A stretch of 64,000 nt of DNA from Candidatus Fraserbacteria bacterium (GCA_037440025.1 JBBIUX010000002.1:82975-146974), one strand, 5' to 3'; shown: positions 47,881 to 56,519, numbered from the stretch's first letter. Numbers and translations are program-made. The notes: generated by a model not told the origin, from the letters alone.

Positions 47881-48191
47881 TAGCAGTGACCGCTGACGAT
47901 GTGCGCGAAGTGATCCGCGAGAACGTCTTCGACCCGGAGCTGGGCTACAACGTAGTGGATTTGGGGTTGCTGTATGACGTTGACATCCGCGGCGACAAAG
48001 ATATTCGCTTGGAGCTGACGCTCACGACTGTAGGCTGCCCTCTCTACGAGCAGATTCAAGCCGATTGTGAGCGCGCGATCAAAGAGCATTACGGCGAGGA
48101 CATCAATGTCGAAGTCGAGTTCGTCTTCGACCCGCCTTGGAACCCGGAGATGATGTCGGAAGAGATCCGCGCGGAAATGGGATTTATTTAA
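47877..48191 (+). CDS. DUF59 (MIP18/SufT-like) Fe-S assembly protein
   Basis: 104 aa, ...FDPELGYNVVDLGLLYDVDI...LTLTTVGCPLYEQI... Confidence 0.7.
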   Translation: MIAVTADDVREVIRENVFDPELGYNVVDLGLLYDVDIRGDKDIRLELTLTTVGCPLYEQIQADCERAIKEHYGEDINVEVEFVFDPPWNPEMMSEEIRAEMGFI

Positions 48192-48817
48192 TGTCCCTTT
48201 GTGTGTACTGTAGCAAGCGAGCAGGCAAGCGGGCCTGTCCGGCCTTGGGAGGGCTGATCTGCCCGACGTGCTGTGGGCAGCATCGCGGGGTTGATATTAA
48301 CTGCCCCATCAGTTGCAAGTATTTCAGAACGCACGAGAGCTATCAACGCCTCCGGCTCGCTGAAGAGTTTCATGCCCTCTGGATCGAAAAGACGGAGCCG
48401 CTCTACAAAGCGGGTAAAGAGAGGTTGATTGATTTTATCGCAATGGTAGAAATGCTCGTCTATCAATTCTATCGCGAGCGGGCCTTGGGCACGGACAGCG
48501 AAGTCTTGGAAGCTTTAGAATCGCTACGGCGTCGGTTCAGCCCCTTAATGATTGTGGAAGCGGGGGGGACAGCTCTGGCGAACCATCTTTGGAATGGGCT
48601 GCAAGAGTATTCAAAAAAAGAGCCGCTGGTTCCCGAAGAAGCCCAAGAAGGGATAGGGAAGAGTTTGGAGATTTTCAAAGCGTACTCAGACGCAACACAG
48701 CCGAGAAAGTATCTAAACGGGCTGTTAGGGCATGTCGAGCGATATTTTACGCTGCCCGCTGAACTCAAAGAGAGCCTGTCACTCATTGCTACTCCACAGA
48801 TTATCACACCGGAGTAA
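48191..48817 (+). CDS. Hypothetical protein with N-terminal 8-Cys cluster
   Basis: Start MSLCVYCSKRAGKRACPALGGLICPTCCGQHRGVDINCPISCKYF.... The track N-extension is rejected. Confidence 0.5.
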   Translation: MSLCVYCSKRAGKRACPALGGLICPTCCGQHRGVDINCPISCKYFRTHESYQRLRLAEEFHALWIEKTEPLYKAGKERLIDFIAMVEMLVYQFYRERALGTDSEVLEALESLRRRFSPLMIVEAGGTALANHLWNGLQEYSKKEPLVPEEAQEGIGKSLEIFKAYSDATQPRKYLNGLLGHVERYFTLPAELKESLSLIATPQIITPE

Positions 48818-48821
48818 TAGC

Positions 48822-49874
48822 TTATTGCCAGGGGATAACCCATTCCCATTGGGGCCCGCGGAAGTATTGCCCAATAATAATGAGCACAATAGCAGTGACA
48901 ATCATCACCGTAAAGAGCGCCGTCGTCACTGGGCGATCTCGCAGACGCCGCCCCACCGGCTTGCTCTTGTCTTTGCGCCAAAACTCTAAGTACGGCTCGA
49001 TGTAGGGAATTCCTAAGAGCAAGAGCACGAAAACCCCCGGCGCGATCACCCCGCCGATGGCCACGCTCGTAAACGGCCCTAGATTGGGTGAGATCGCCAA
49101 CAGCTCTTGAATGCCTACAAAGTACCAGGGGGCTTTCTCAGGGTTGGGCGTGAACGATGGGGTCGCTGGTTCTTCGAGAGGCGCATCCCGAAAGACTGAA
49201 TAAATCCCCAGCCCCGCCGTCAGCAAGAACAAGATTGTAAATGCTACATAGAGAAAATACGGATACGAGATGATCTCCTCTTCTTCGGCGGGTAAACGCT
49301 TGGCGAACGCATCCAGAATTTTTTGCACCTTCTCGTCGGTCAGTTCGAACTCGGTCGGGATCTCCTTCACTTTGTGCTCTTTCGACACATAATTAAAGAT
49401 CGTATGCAGGGTTTCAAAATCTCGCGGATCGCCGCCGCCTTCTAGTAACGACTCCGTGCGGTTGCTCAAGTCTTTAAGTCTTTTTACAGTGAGCGTTTGC
49501 GTCGAAGGAAGCTGGCGCAACGGGGCTTTTTCGGCGGCGTAGGCTAAGACATCGCGAATCAGGTCCGGTTCAACCTGGAGGGCTTCCGCGACTTCATAGC
49601 CGGGGATTTCAACTTCAATATCTTGGGTGACGTTGATCTGGCAGGTCAGCCGCCAGCCCTTGGCAATCTGCTCCTCGCCCAGGACATCAAGTTCGTTCTG
49701 GTTAGGATCGCCGCCGCCCTGTAAGACGCGCGCCGCGCAAGTTGAGCACTGCCCTTGGCCGCCGCAGGTCGCCGGAAGCTGGTCATCGTAGCGATTCTCT
49801 TGAATGAACTTTAAGAGATTGGTCCCCGGACGGACTTCAAACTCTTTCTGGCCAAGAATGACGACTTTGGGCAT
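48822..49874 (-). CDS. Fusion protein: plant-type 2Fe-2S ferredoxin (N-terminal) + cytochrome b C-terminal / b6f subunit IV (PetD)-like membrane domain
   Basis: N-terminal ...ATCGGQGQCSTCAARV...RLTCQ... (Fer2). C-terminal ...EEPATPSFTPNPEKAPWYFVGIQELLAI... plus three TM helices resembling PetD or the cytochrome b C-terminus. Confidence 0.65.
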   Translation of the reverse strand: MPKVVILGQKEFEVRPGTNLLKFIQENRYDDQLPATCGGQGQCSTCAARVLQGGGDPNQNELDVLGEEQIAKGWRLTCQINVTQDIEVEIPGYEVAEALQVEPDLIRDVLAYAAEKAPLRQLPSTQTLTVKRLKDLSNRTESLLEGGGDPRDFETLHTIFNYVSKEHKVKEIPTEFELTDEKVQKILDAFAKRLPAEEEEIISYPYFLYVAFTILFLLTAGLGIYSVFRDAPLEEPATPSFTPNPEKAPWYFVGIQELLAISPNLGPFTSVAIGGVIAPGVFVLLLLGIPYIEPYLEFWRKDKSKPVGRRLRDRPVTTALFTVMIVTAIVLIIIGQYFRGPQWEWVIPWQ

Positions 49875-49875
49875 A

Positions 49876-50562
49876 CTAGCTCGCTTTCACGCCAGCTTCG
49901 GTTACGGCTTTCTGTAGCTTCTCCAAGACCGGCTTGCCGCCGGGGTAACAGCCATCCAGCCGCGCTTTGTTTACTGCTAAAGCTTCAGCGAATTCTTCAC
50001 ACGTGGGGTAGCCACAAGCAAGACAGTCAAACCCCGGCAGCACAGCGCGCAATTTCGCCGCCGCGGGCGAGAGCGCTGGGGCAGCGGGCTTAGTCACTTC
50101 TTCGGCCTTCCCCTCAACTTTGGGCCAAGACATCACCAAGGGCTTAAAGAGCTCTATCTTCAGGTCGTTCTTCATCGAAACTTGGCAGGAGAGCACCCAG
50201 CCCTCCTTGCGCAGTTTATCGCTCAACGGGCCCAACATCGCCGTGGTGATCTGATCGGCCGGCAACCCTTCGATTGCCTTGACGCGACAGGTCGCGCAGG
50301 TGCCCTTGCCACCGCATTGAGCAAAGAGGTCATAGCCCGCTTTTTTGAGCGCCTGCATCAGATTCTGTTCTAAGGGCAAAACCAGCTCGTTGCCGTCGTT
50401 GGTGATTTTGACGCGCGCCTCTCCCTCAACGGTGAGCAAGTTTTTTACCAGACCCAAAACGAAAGCCACCGAGATGGCCATGAGGGCCATTGTCGCAACC
50501 GGTACGAGATAAACCATAAGATCAGTCACAAGCCCTTGTGAAAAGCTTGAAGCTGTTCTCAT
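49876..50562 (-). CDS. RnfB-like subunit: TM helix + 2Fe-2S ferredoxin domain + RnfB-type CxxCGxxxC Fe-S domain (start uncertain)
   Basis: ...QCGGKGTCATCRV...LSCQ... (Fer2) and ...DCLACGYPTCEEFAEA...DGCYPGG. The track's long N-extension overlapping rnfA is rejected. Start at 50562 or 50517. Confidence 0.55.
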   Translation of the reverse strand: MRTASSFSQGLVTDLMVYLVPVATMALMAISVAFVLGLVKNLLTVEGEARVKITNDGNELVLPLEQNLMQALKKAGYDLFAQCGGKGTCATCRVKAIEGLPADQITTAMLGPLSDKLRKEGWVLSCQVSMKNDLKIELFKPLVMSWPKVEGKAEEVTKPAAPALSPAAAKLRAVLPGFDCLACGYPTCEEFAEALAVNKARLDGCYPGGKPVLEKLQKAVTEAGVKAS

Positions 50563-51155
50563 CCTCCAAAGTCCCGAATATTGATCATCCCGGAAAAGCC
50601 GACGAAGCTCATAGCCATCAGGCCGGCGATAATCAGCGCTAAGCCGGGGCCCTTGAGGCCCTCCGGTATGGGAGCAAATCGTAAGCGCTCCCGGATCGCG
50701 GCCATCAAGATAATCGCTAAGGCCCAGCCTACACCGCCGCCAAAGCCATAGGCGACGCTCTGGGCAAACCCCAGATTCCACGTAGCAAGGGCAAAGAGCA
50801 CTCCACCCAAAATGGCGCAGTTGACTGTGATCAAAGGCAGAAAGACTCCTAACGACGTATACAGGGCAGGGAGGAAGCGCTTCATGAACATCTCCACGAC
50901 TTGCACCAAGAACGCAATGGTCACGATGTAGACAATGAGCGCAAGATAGCTCACTCCCAGGGGGTCGAGGACAAAGTGCTTGATGAGCCAATTGGCGGGC
51001 AAGGTCATAGTCAGCACGAAGATCACGGCCATGCCCATCCCCGACGCCGACGCGTATTCGCCCGAAACCCCGATAAATGGGCAGATTCCCAAGAACGTCG
51101 TGAGCAAAATGTTATTCGTCAGGATCGCACCCAGAACGATGAGAAAGACATCCAT
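50559..51155 (-). CDS. rnfA: Rnf complex subunit A (RnfA/NqrE family)
   Basis: 198 aa polytopic; ...NNILLTTFLGICPFIGVS.... Confidence 0.8.
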   Translation of the reverse strand: MDVFLIVLGAILTNNILLTTFLGICPFIGVSGEYASASGMGMAVIFVLTMTLPANWLIKHFVLDPLGVSYLALIVYIVTIAFLVQVVEMFMKRFLPALYTSLGVFLPLITVNCAILGGVLFALATWNLGFAQSVAYGFGGGVGWALAIILMAAIRERLRFAPIPEGLKGPGLALIIAGLMAMSFVGFSGMINIRDFGG

Positions 51156-51158
51156 ACG

Positions 51159-51857
51159 TTACGCGCCTCCTCCGATCTGGCCCCCCGGCGAATACTGACG
51201 CACGATCCCCACGTAAAGCCCCACGACCAGAAAAGCCCCCGCAGGGATGATCATGATGACCCAAGAAGTCCAACTGCTGAAGATCTGAATCCCAAATAAG
51301 CTGCCGAAGCCCAGCAGCTCACGGATGATGCCCAACAGTGTGAGAGACATCGTGAAGCCTAAGCCCACACCGATGGCATCTAAGGCCGACAGGCCCGGGC
51401 TGTTCTGGCTGGCAAAGGCTTCCGCGCGTCCCAGCACAAAACAGTTCGTAATAATCAACGGAACGTACGGCCCCAGGGCCGCCGACAACGGCGGCAGGTA
51501 CGCTCGCAGAGAGATGTCAACCACGGTGACCCAGAAGGCGATGACGATCATATACGCAGGCAGCCGCACCTCAGCAGGGATGACGTTGCGCAGGACAGCT
51601 ACGGTGGCGCTCGATGCGATGGTAGCGATCATGGTGGCCAACCCCATAGCCATGCCGTTGATGGCCATGTTGGTTGCACCCATGGTTGGACACATCGCTA
51701 AGATCATTCGAAACGTCGGGTTGTCGTCCCAGATATCTCGGACCAGCTCCTTCCATGATTTGGTCTGGGGCAGACGTTGTGTCAATGGAATCGCTGGGGC
51801 TGATGCTTGCATGACATTCGAAATTGCTGCTGTCTTCACTTCAGCCATGTGCCTCAA
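51159..51857 (-). CDS. rnfE: Rnf complex subunit E (RnfE/NqrD family)
   Basis: 232 aa polytopic; ...DDNPTFRMILAMCPTMG.... Confidence 0.8.
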   Translation of the reverse strand: MRHMAEVKTAAISNVMQASAPAIPLTQRLPQTKSWKELVRDIWDDNPTFRMILAMCPTMGATNMAINGMAMGLATMIATIASSATVAVLRNVIPAEVRLPAYMIVIAFWVTVVDISLRAYLPPLSAALGPYVPLIITNCFVLGRAEAFASQNSPGLSALDAIGVGLGFTMSLTLLGIIRELLGFGSLFGIQIFSSWTSWVIMIIPAGAFLVVGLYVGIVRQYSPGGQIGGGA

Positions 51858-51932
51858 CTCCTTCCGGCTTCTTAGGGTCAGCTATAAAAAGCATACTATA
51901 GTAGTCCGCTTTTTTCAAGGTCGTTCTTTGCC

Positions 51933-52634
51933 CTATTTTTTCTGGTCTTTCAGGGCCTTTCTCAAGTTGGCCATCGCTTCGTTCAGTAGGTCGCGCACCG
52001 TCGTTGACGTATACGTCGCCCCGGTGATGGCGTCGAACTGATAGGGAGCCTTAGGAGTGCTTTCATCCCGAAATTTGACGAACTCGATCTTCGGTCCAGT
52101 CTTGACCCCCTTGAACTGGCTCCAGAACTTCTCTTCGGTCATGCGAAAGCCCAAGCCGGGAGTCTCGCCGATCTCGAACTCGACCACATGGGCCCCCAGA
52201 ATTTCAGAGAGATCGGTCTTGAGAGCTGCTTGCATCGCGACCACGCCCTGAAAGCCGCTGCCCGTAATACGAACGACATAGGCCGACAGCTCCCCACCGA
52301 TCTTGTCCTGATAAAACTTCCAGTAGACGAAGCTGTCGGTCTTGATCTCTTCAATGTGCTCTTTGAAATACTGGTCGACCTGGGCAGGGGTCAGCTGGGG
52401 AAGCCCTTCTTTGGGGAAGAGTTCTTCAGCAGTGTAAGCACCCAAGGCCACGAGAATACTGGAGCGCAGACGGGCTTTCGCGTTAGCGGCGATAGTCGCC
52501 TTGGTCACTTCGTTGACGAGGGCCAAGAGCCCGCCAGCCACCACAGCGATGGCCGTGAGCACGAAGATCATGCGCCACTCGTGCGCACCGATCAGTGGTT
52601 TCTTCTTTTTAGTGGGGGTGTGTTGCTCAGCCAT
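51933..52634 (-). CDS. rnfG: Rnf complex subunit G (FMN-binding)
   Basis: N-terminal TM anchor and FMN-binding domain with ...ITGATYTSTTV... flavinylation motif. Confidence 0.75.
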   Translation of the reverse strand: MAEQHTPTKKKKPLIGAHEWRMIFVLTAIAVVAGGLLALVNEVTKATIAANAKARLRSSILVALGAYTAEELFPKEGLPQLTPAQVDQYFKEHIEEIKTDSFVYWKFYQDKIGGELSAYVVRITGSGFQGVVAMQAALKTDLSEILGAHVVEFEIGETPGLGFRMTEEKFWSQFKGVKTGPKIEFVKFRDESTPKAPYQFDAITGATYTSTTVRDLLNEAMANLRKALKDQKK

Positions 52635-52637
52635 GGG

Positions 52638-53756
52638 TCACCTCTTTTGCACAGCTGGTGCAGAGAAGCTCTTGGGAATCGTAAAACGATCGAGCAAGGG
52701 CGTGAACATGTTCCCTATTAAGATAGAGAACGTCACCCACTCGGCATAGCCTGTGAGGCCGCGCCCCAGCACAGTCAAAACTCCTAACATTATACCGAAG
52801 ATCCAACGTCCACGAACGGTCATGGGACTAGTAACGGGGTCGGTGGCGTTGAGAAAGGCTGCAAAGAGCAGCCCGCCGGAGAGCACGGCGTACAAGCCGT
52901 CGGGGAAGTCATTCGGCGCGGCAAAACTGAGCAACTGGGAGAGAAGCCCTGCGCTGAGGATCATCACAACGGAGACGCGCCAGTCAATGACCCGCGTTGA
53001 TAACAGATACAGCCCCCCCAGCAGGACGAGAATAGCTGACGTCGCCCCTAAACTATCAGCCCGGCCAAAGCCCGTCAAGAGCGTCAAGAGATCGGGATTA
53101 GCTATATCAGGAGAATTGAACGCCCCCAAGGGTGTCGCCTTAGCGATGGCATCTACAGCTTCAGCCGTCTCCGGGGACCAGTGCACCAAGCCCCCTAAGC
53201 CGTCGGTCAACGGATTGAAGGGCACGTACCATCTGGTAGTCATCGCCGAGGGGAACGCTAATAACAAAAAAGCTCGTCCACTGATAGCCGGATTGAAAAT
53301 GTTGTAGCCTGAGCCGCCAAAAAGTTCTTTGATGACAATAGCAAAGGCGATCCCAACCGCCACCATCCAGAAGGGCAGCGTCGGAGGCAGCGCCAGCGCA
53401 TACAACATGCACGTCACCAACAAGCCTTCGGTAATCTCGTGTTTGCGGATCGCACAGAACGTGAGTTCGACGATCCCCCCGATGAGATATGTCAAAAGAA
53501 TGATCGCCAGCGAACGCCAGCCATAAAAATAAATGCTCGCTAAGACCAAGGGAATGCAGGCAATGATCGGTGCTCCCATGTACCGTTGCATGCCGATGGC
53601 ATCACGAATGTAGGGTGCTTGGCGGGCAGATTTGTCGCTCCCGCCAAAGATCGAGTCTTTCAAGCCCTCCCAGAGAATGGCGAAACCGTCGCGGCGACGG
53701 GCTTGCAGATCGTGATGGATTTTTTCGAAGAAATTATAGATTCTGTCTTTTAACAT
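52638..53756 (-). CDS. rnfD: Rnf complex subunit D (RnfD/NqrB family)
   Basis: 372 aa polytopic membrane protein, NqrB/RnfD-like. Confidence 0.8.
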   Translation of the reverse strand: MLKDRIYNFFEKIHHDLQARRRDGFAILWEGLKDSIFGGSDKSARQAPYIRDAIGMQRYMGAPIIACIPLVLASIYFYGWRSLAIILLTYLIGGIVELTFCAIRKHEITEGLLVTCMLYALALPPTLPFWMVAVGIAFAIVIKELFGGSGYNIFNPAISGRAFLLLAFPSAMTTRWYVPFNPLTDGLGGLVHWSPETAEAVDAIAKATPLGAFNSPDIANPDLLTLLTGFGRADSLGATSAILVLLGGLYLLSTRVIDWRVSVVMILSAGLLSQLLSFAAPNDFPDGLYAVLSGGLLFAAFLNATDPVTSPMTVRGRWIFGIMLGVLTVLGRGLTGYAEWVTFSILIGNMFTPLLDRFTIPKSFSAPAVQKR

Positions 53757-53765
53757 TCTGGCTCC

Positions 53766-55190
53766 TTAGACCGCCTCTTCTATGATTTTGCGTTTGCCCT
53801 CGCGGATCTGTTCGAGCAACGGGATTTTACTGGGGCAGACATACGCACAGAGTCCGCACTCGATACACGCAAAGAGATCAATATGCTGGGCTTCGCTTAG
53901 AAGACCGTTGGCCGAGTATTCTCCCAAGAGAGCCGGCACCAAATTCTGTGGACAAATGTCAACACAATACCCGCATTTGACGCAAGGGCGAGGGTTCCCA
54001 TTGAGGCTCGTCGTAGCCCGCTTCGTTTTGACCCAGGGCAGACTGAGATAGGCCCCCGTAAAAGAATCCCGGTCAAAACCGGGGCCGGCAACGGGAAAGA
54101 GCTCTCTCTCGGCTTCTCTGAGGGCGATGACTGCCGGGGTATCTTTGAGAATGGGCGCCTCGACATCGCCTTGGGCTTGTCCACGCAAGACGCCTCCCAG
54201 GACAATGCGTCCGTTGCTCTTGAGGTTATTGTCGAGCAAGTCCTGCAACGGTGTCCCTACTCGCACGCGGAAGTTCCCCGGTTCTTTGAGGGCCGATCCG
54301 GCGACGGAGACAACACGCTCCACAAAGGGCCGCCCTTCGACCACGGCCTTATACGTAGCGACACAGTGCTGAACATCTTGCACAACACACTGAACGTCCG
54401 TGGCGTAGCCCCGCTGGGGCATGAGCAGCCCCAGCAGCGTGCGGATCAAGACGGCGTCGTCGCCCTGGGGGTATTTGGGGCGCAATTGATGAATTGTGCA
54501 CCAGTCATAGTATTCGAATCGCGTGACCAATTCTTCGTAGATTCTGGGCTTGTTATAGCCGAGCCCAATATGGACCTGCACGTTGCCCAGGGCTTGCCGA
54601 AGAATTTTGATGCCGTTGACGAACTGGTCAAACTCTTCGTACATTAATTGATCAGTCGCTTCGCAGAACGGTTCAGTTTCTATGGCGTTGATCAATAAAT
54701 AGCGAATGCGATCGGGTGTGGTCAGGGCCGAGTGAAAGACTGTGGGAAAGCCGGCTTGGCCTCCGGAAGTCACTCCGGCTTCGTAGAGAATCTTCCCCAG
54801 CTCTGCTGGGGAGAGGCGCTCGTAGTTGGCCGGGCGGTCGAGCAATTTCCAATCGTCTCTGCCGTCAGATTCGATAATGACAGAGAGCACCTCGCCGCTC
54901 AGGGGGTGCGGGCGCTTCTCTATTTTGAGAATTTTTCCCGAGATGCTAGTGTGAACCGGCGTTGATGGCTTTTGCGGATCGGGCTCATTGCGTCCGATGA
55001 TCTGTCCTGCCTTGACGCGGTCACCTTCTTTGACACCAGGCGCCACTTCGGCGCCGAAGCCCTGACGCAAAGGGATAATAACTTTCTTTGGGAGTGACGC
55101 GGTTTTCAATCGCTTGCCGCGCGGGGTCCCCTCAAAGAGCCCAAAATAGTGTCCGCCCTGAAAGGTCTTTAGCGATCCCAGAACGGCCAT
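53766..55190 (-). CDS. rnfC: Rnf complex subunit C (NADH-binding, two [4Fe-4S] clusters)
   Basis: Start MAVLGSLKTFQGGHY (ATG 55190). ...LLINAIETEPF..., and C-terminal CVKCGYCVDICP + CIECGLCAYVCP, which distinguish RnfC from NqrA. The track N-extension is rejected. Confidence 0.8.
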   Translation of the reverse strand: MAVLGSLKTFQGGHYFGLFEGTPRGKRLKTASLPKKVIIPLRQGFGAEVAPGVKEGDRVKAGQIIGRNEPDPQKPSTPVHTSISGKILKIEKRPHPLSGEVLSVIIESDGRDDWKLLDRPANYERLSPAELGKILYEAGVTSGGQAGFPTVFHSALTTPDRIRYLLINAIETEPFCEATDQLMYEEFDQFVNGIKILRQALGNVQVHIGLGYNKPRIYEELVTRFEYYDWCTIHQLRPKYPQGDDAVLIRTLLGLLMPQRGYATDVQCVVQDVQHCVATYKAVVEGRPFVERVVSVAGSALKEPGNFRVRVGTPLQDLLDNNLKSNGRIVLGGVLRGQAQGDVEAPILKDTPAVIALREAERELFPVAGPGFDRDSFTGAYLSLPWVKTKRATTSLNGNPRPCVKCGYCVDICPQNLVPALLGEYSANGLLSEAQHIDLFACIECGLCAYVCPSKIPLLEQIREGKRKIIEEAV

Positions 55191-55191
55191 C

Positions 55192-55950
55192 TTATTGTTT
55201 CTTCCTTTCTTCGGTCCAATATGGCTTGCTGTACTCGTCTTTACGAATTCTCCAGAAATGCAGCGCGACCAGAAAGACCAACGCCATCGGGAGAACGAAG
55301 ACATGAATGACGTACCAGCGCAAGAGCGAGGGCTGCCAGAGATCCGTGCCTCCCAAGAGAATCTGTTGCACATAGAACCCGATAAACGGCGTGCCATCGG
55401 CGATGTTGCTGGCAATCTTAGCTGCATAGTAGCCTAATTGATCCCAAGGCAAGATATACCCACTGAAAGCGAACATAATCGTAATCACCAAGAGCAAGAC
55501 GCCGATGACCCAGTTGAACTCACGCGGCTTCTGATACGATCCGGTAAAGAAAACTCTCAACATATGGAAGAAGACGGCGAAGACCATCAGCTCGGCGGCC
55601 CACTTGTGCATGTTGCGCATGAAACGTCCCAAAGGGACAGCGTTGACGATCTCGCGGATCGAATCATACGCCCGCTCGGCGGAGGGCACATAGTAAAACA
55701 TCAGAAAGACCCCGGTAATCACTGTGATCAGAAAGAGCCAGGTGGAGACGACTCCCATCCAGAGCCAATTGTAGCTGAGCCGCGCGGATTCTCTGTGAAT
55801 TTTGGCGGGCAAGATGTGCACGAAGAAGTTGCGGCGGTTCATCGCCAGCAGATCGGCCTTGGTCTGAGGGAGTCCCTCGCGACGGAAGATCGAGAGCCAG
55901 AGGCGCGAGCGCCGAATGCTCTGGAGAACGAGCAGGAGCCTATCCATCAT
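55192..55950 (-). CDS. petB: Cytochrome b6-type subunit (N-terminal half of cytochrome b; PetB-like)
   Basis: Four TM helices with bis-His haem ligands (...HKWAAELMVFAVFFHML... and ...HVFVLPMALVFLVALHFW...). No C-terminal half. Confidence 0.75.
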   Translation of the reverse strand: MMDRLLLVLQSIRRSRLWLSIFRREGLPQTKADLLAMNRRNFFVHILPAKIHRESARLSYNWLWMGVVSTWLFLITVITGVFLMFYYVPSAERAYDSIREIVNAVPLGRFMRNMHKWAAELMVFAVFFHMLRVFFTGSYQKPREFNWVIGVLLLVITIMFAFSGYILPWDQLGYYAAKIASNIADGTPFIGFYVQQILLGGTDLWQPSLLRWYVIHVFVLPMALVFLVALHFWRIRKDEYSKPYWTEERKKQ

Positions 55951-56519
55951 GAGAACTTGATGTCACTCCCATCGGGCGCAGGTCCCTCGATGGCTTTTCC
56001 ATCGGCAGTCAGATACTGCGTGTTCGAGGCGATCTTGGCGTTGTCGACTTGGAGACGTCCGTCAGGCGTGAGGGTCAGCTCATAAAACGGCAGTGGTCGC
56101 GGCGCTGGTCCTCCCAAGACTCGCCCGTCCCGCGCGAAGACGCTGCCGTGACAAGGGCAGAGGGCATGTACTTCTTGATACTCTTTGCTAGGAGGCCCAA
56201 AGGGTTTATAGCTACATCCCAGATGCGTGCAGACCATCGAGAGTGCCTGAAAACCAATTGGTGTGCGAAAGATGAAAACCCGTTTCGCTTCGATGGGCCT
56301 CATCTCGCCAATTTGATAATCACCGGGACGACCCACGGTAAACGTCGTGGTGGGCTCATAGGTTAATTGCGGCTTGAGATAGTAGGGAATACTTTGGGCA
56401 ACCCCGCCCATGGCCAACGCGAACGAGCCCCAGCCCAGCCATCCAAGGAATTTCCTTCGCGTCAGCGAGCTTCTCTCTGTGGGAAATTCAAAACTTGAGT
56501 CTTTGTCCGCCTCCATCAA
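55947..56519 (-). CDS. petC: Rieske [2Fe-2S] iron-sulfur protein with Tat signal
   Basis: RRKFLGW twin-arginine motif; CTHLGC...CPCHGS Rieske boxes. Confidence 0.8.
   Translation of the reverse strand: MMEADKDSSFEFPTERSSLTRRKFLGWLGWGSFALAMGGVAQSIPYYLKPQLTYEPTTTFTVGRPGDYQIGEMRPIEAKRVFIFRTPIGFQALSMVCTHLGCSYKPFGPPSKEYQEVHALCPCHGSVFARDGRVLGGPAPRPLPFYELTLTPDGRLQVDNAKIASNTQYLTADGKAIEGPAPDGSDIKFS

Noticed and set aside
50563-50991. N-terminal extension of the rnfB-like ORF
   Set aside because: It would overlap rnfA by more than 400 nt in another frame, and the product is Cys/Arg-rich junk. A start near 50562 or 50517 is used instead.
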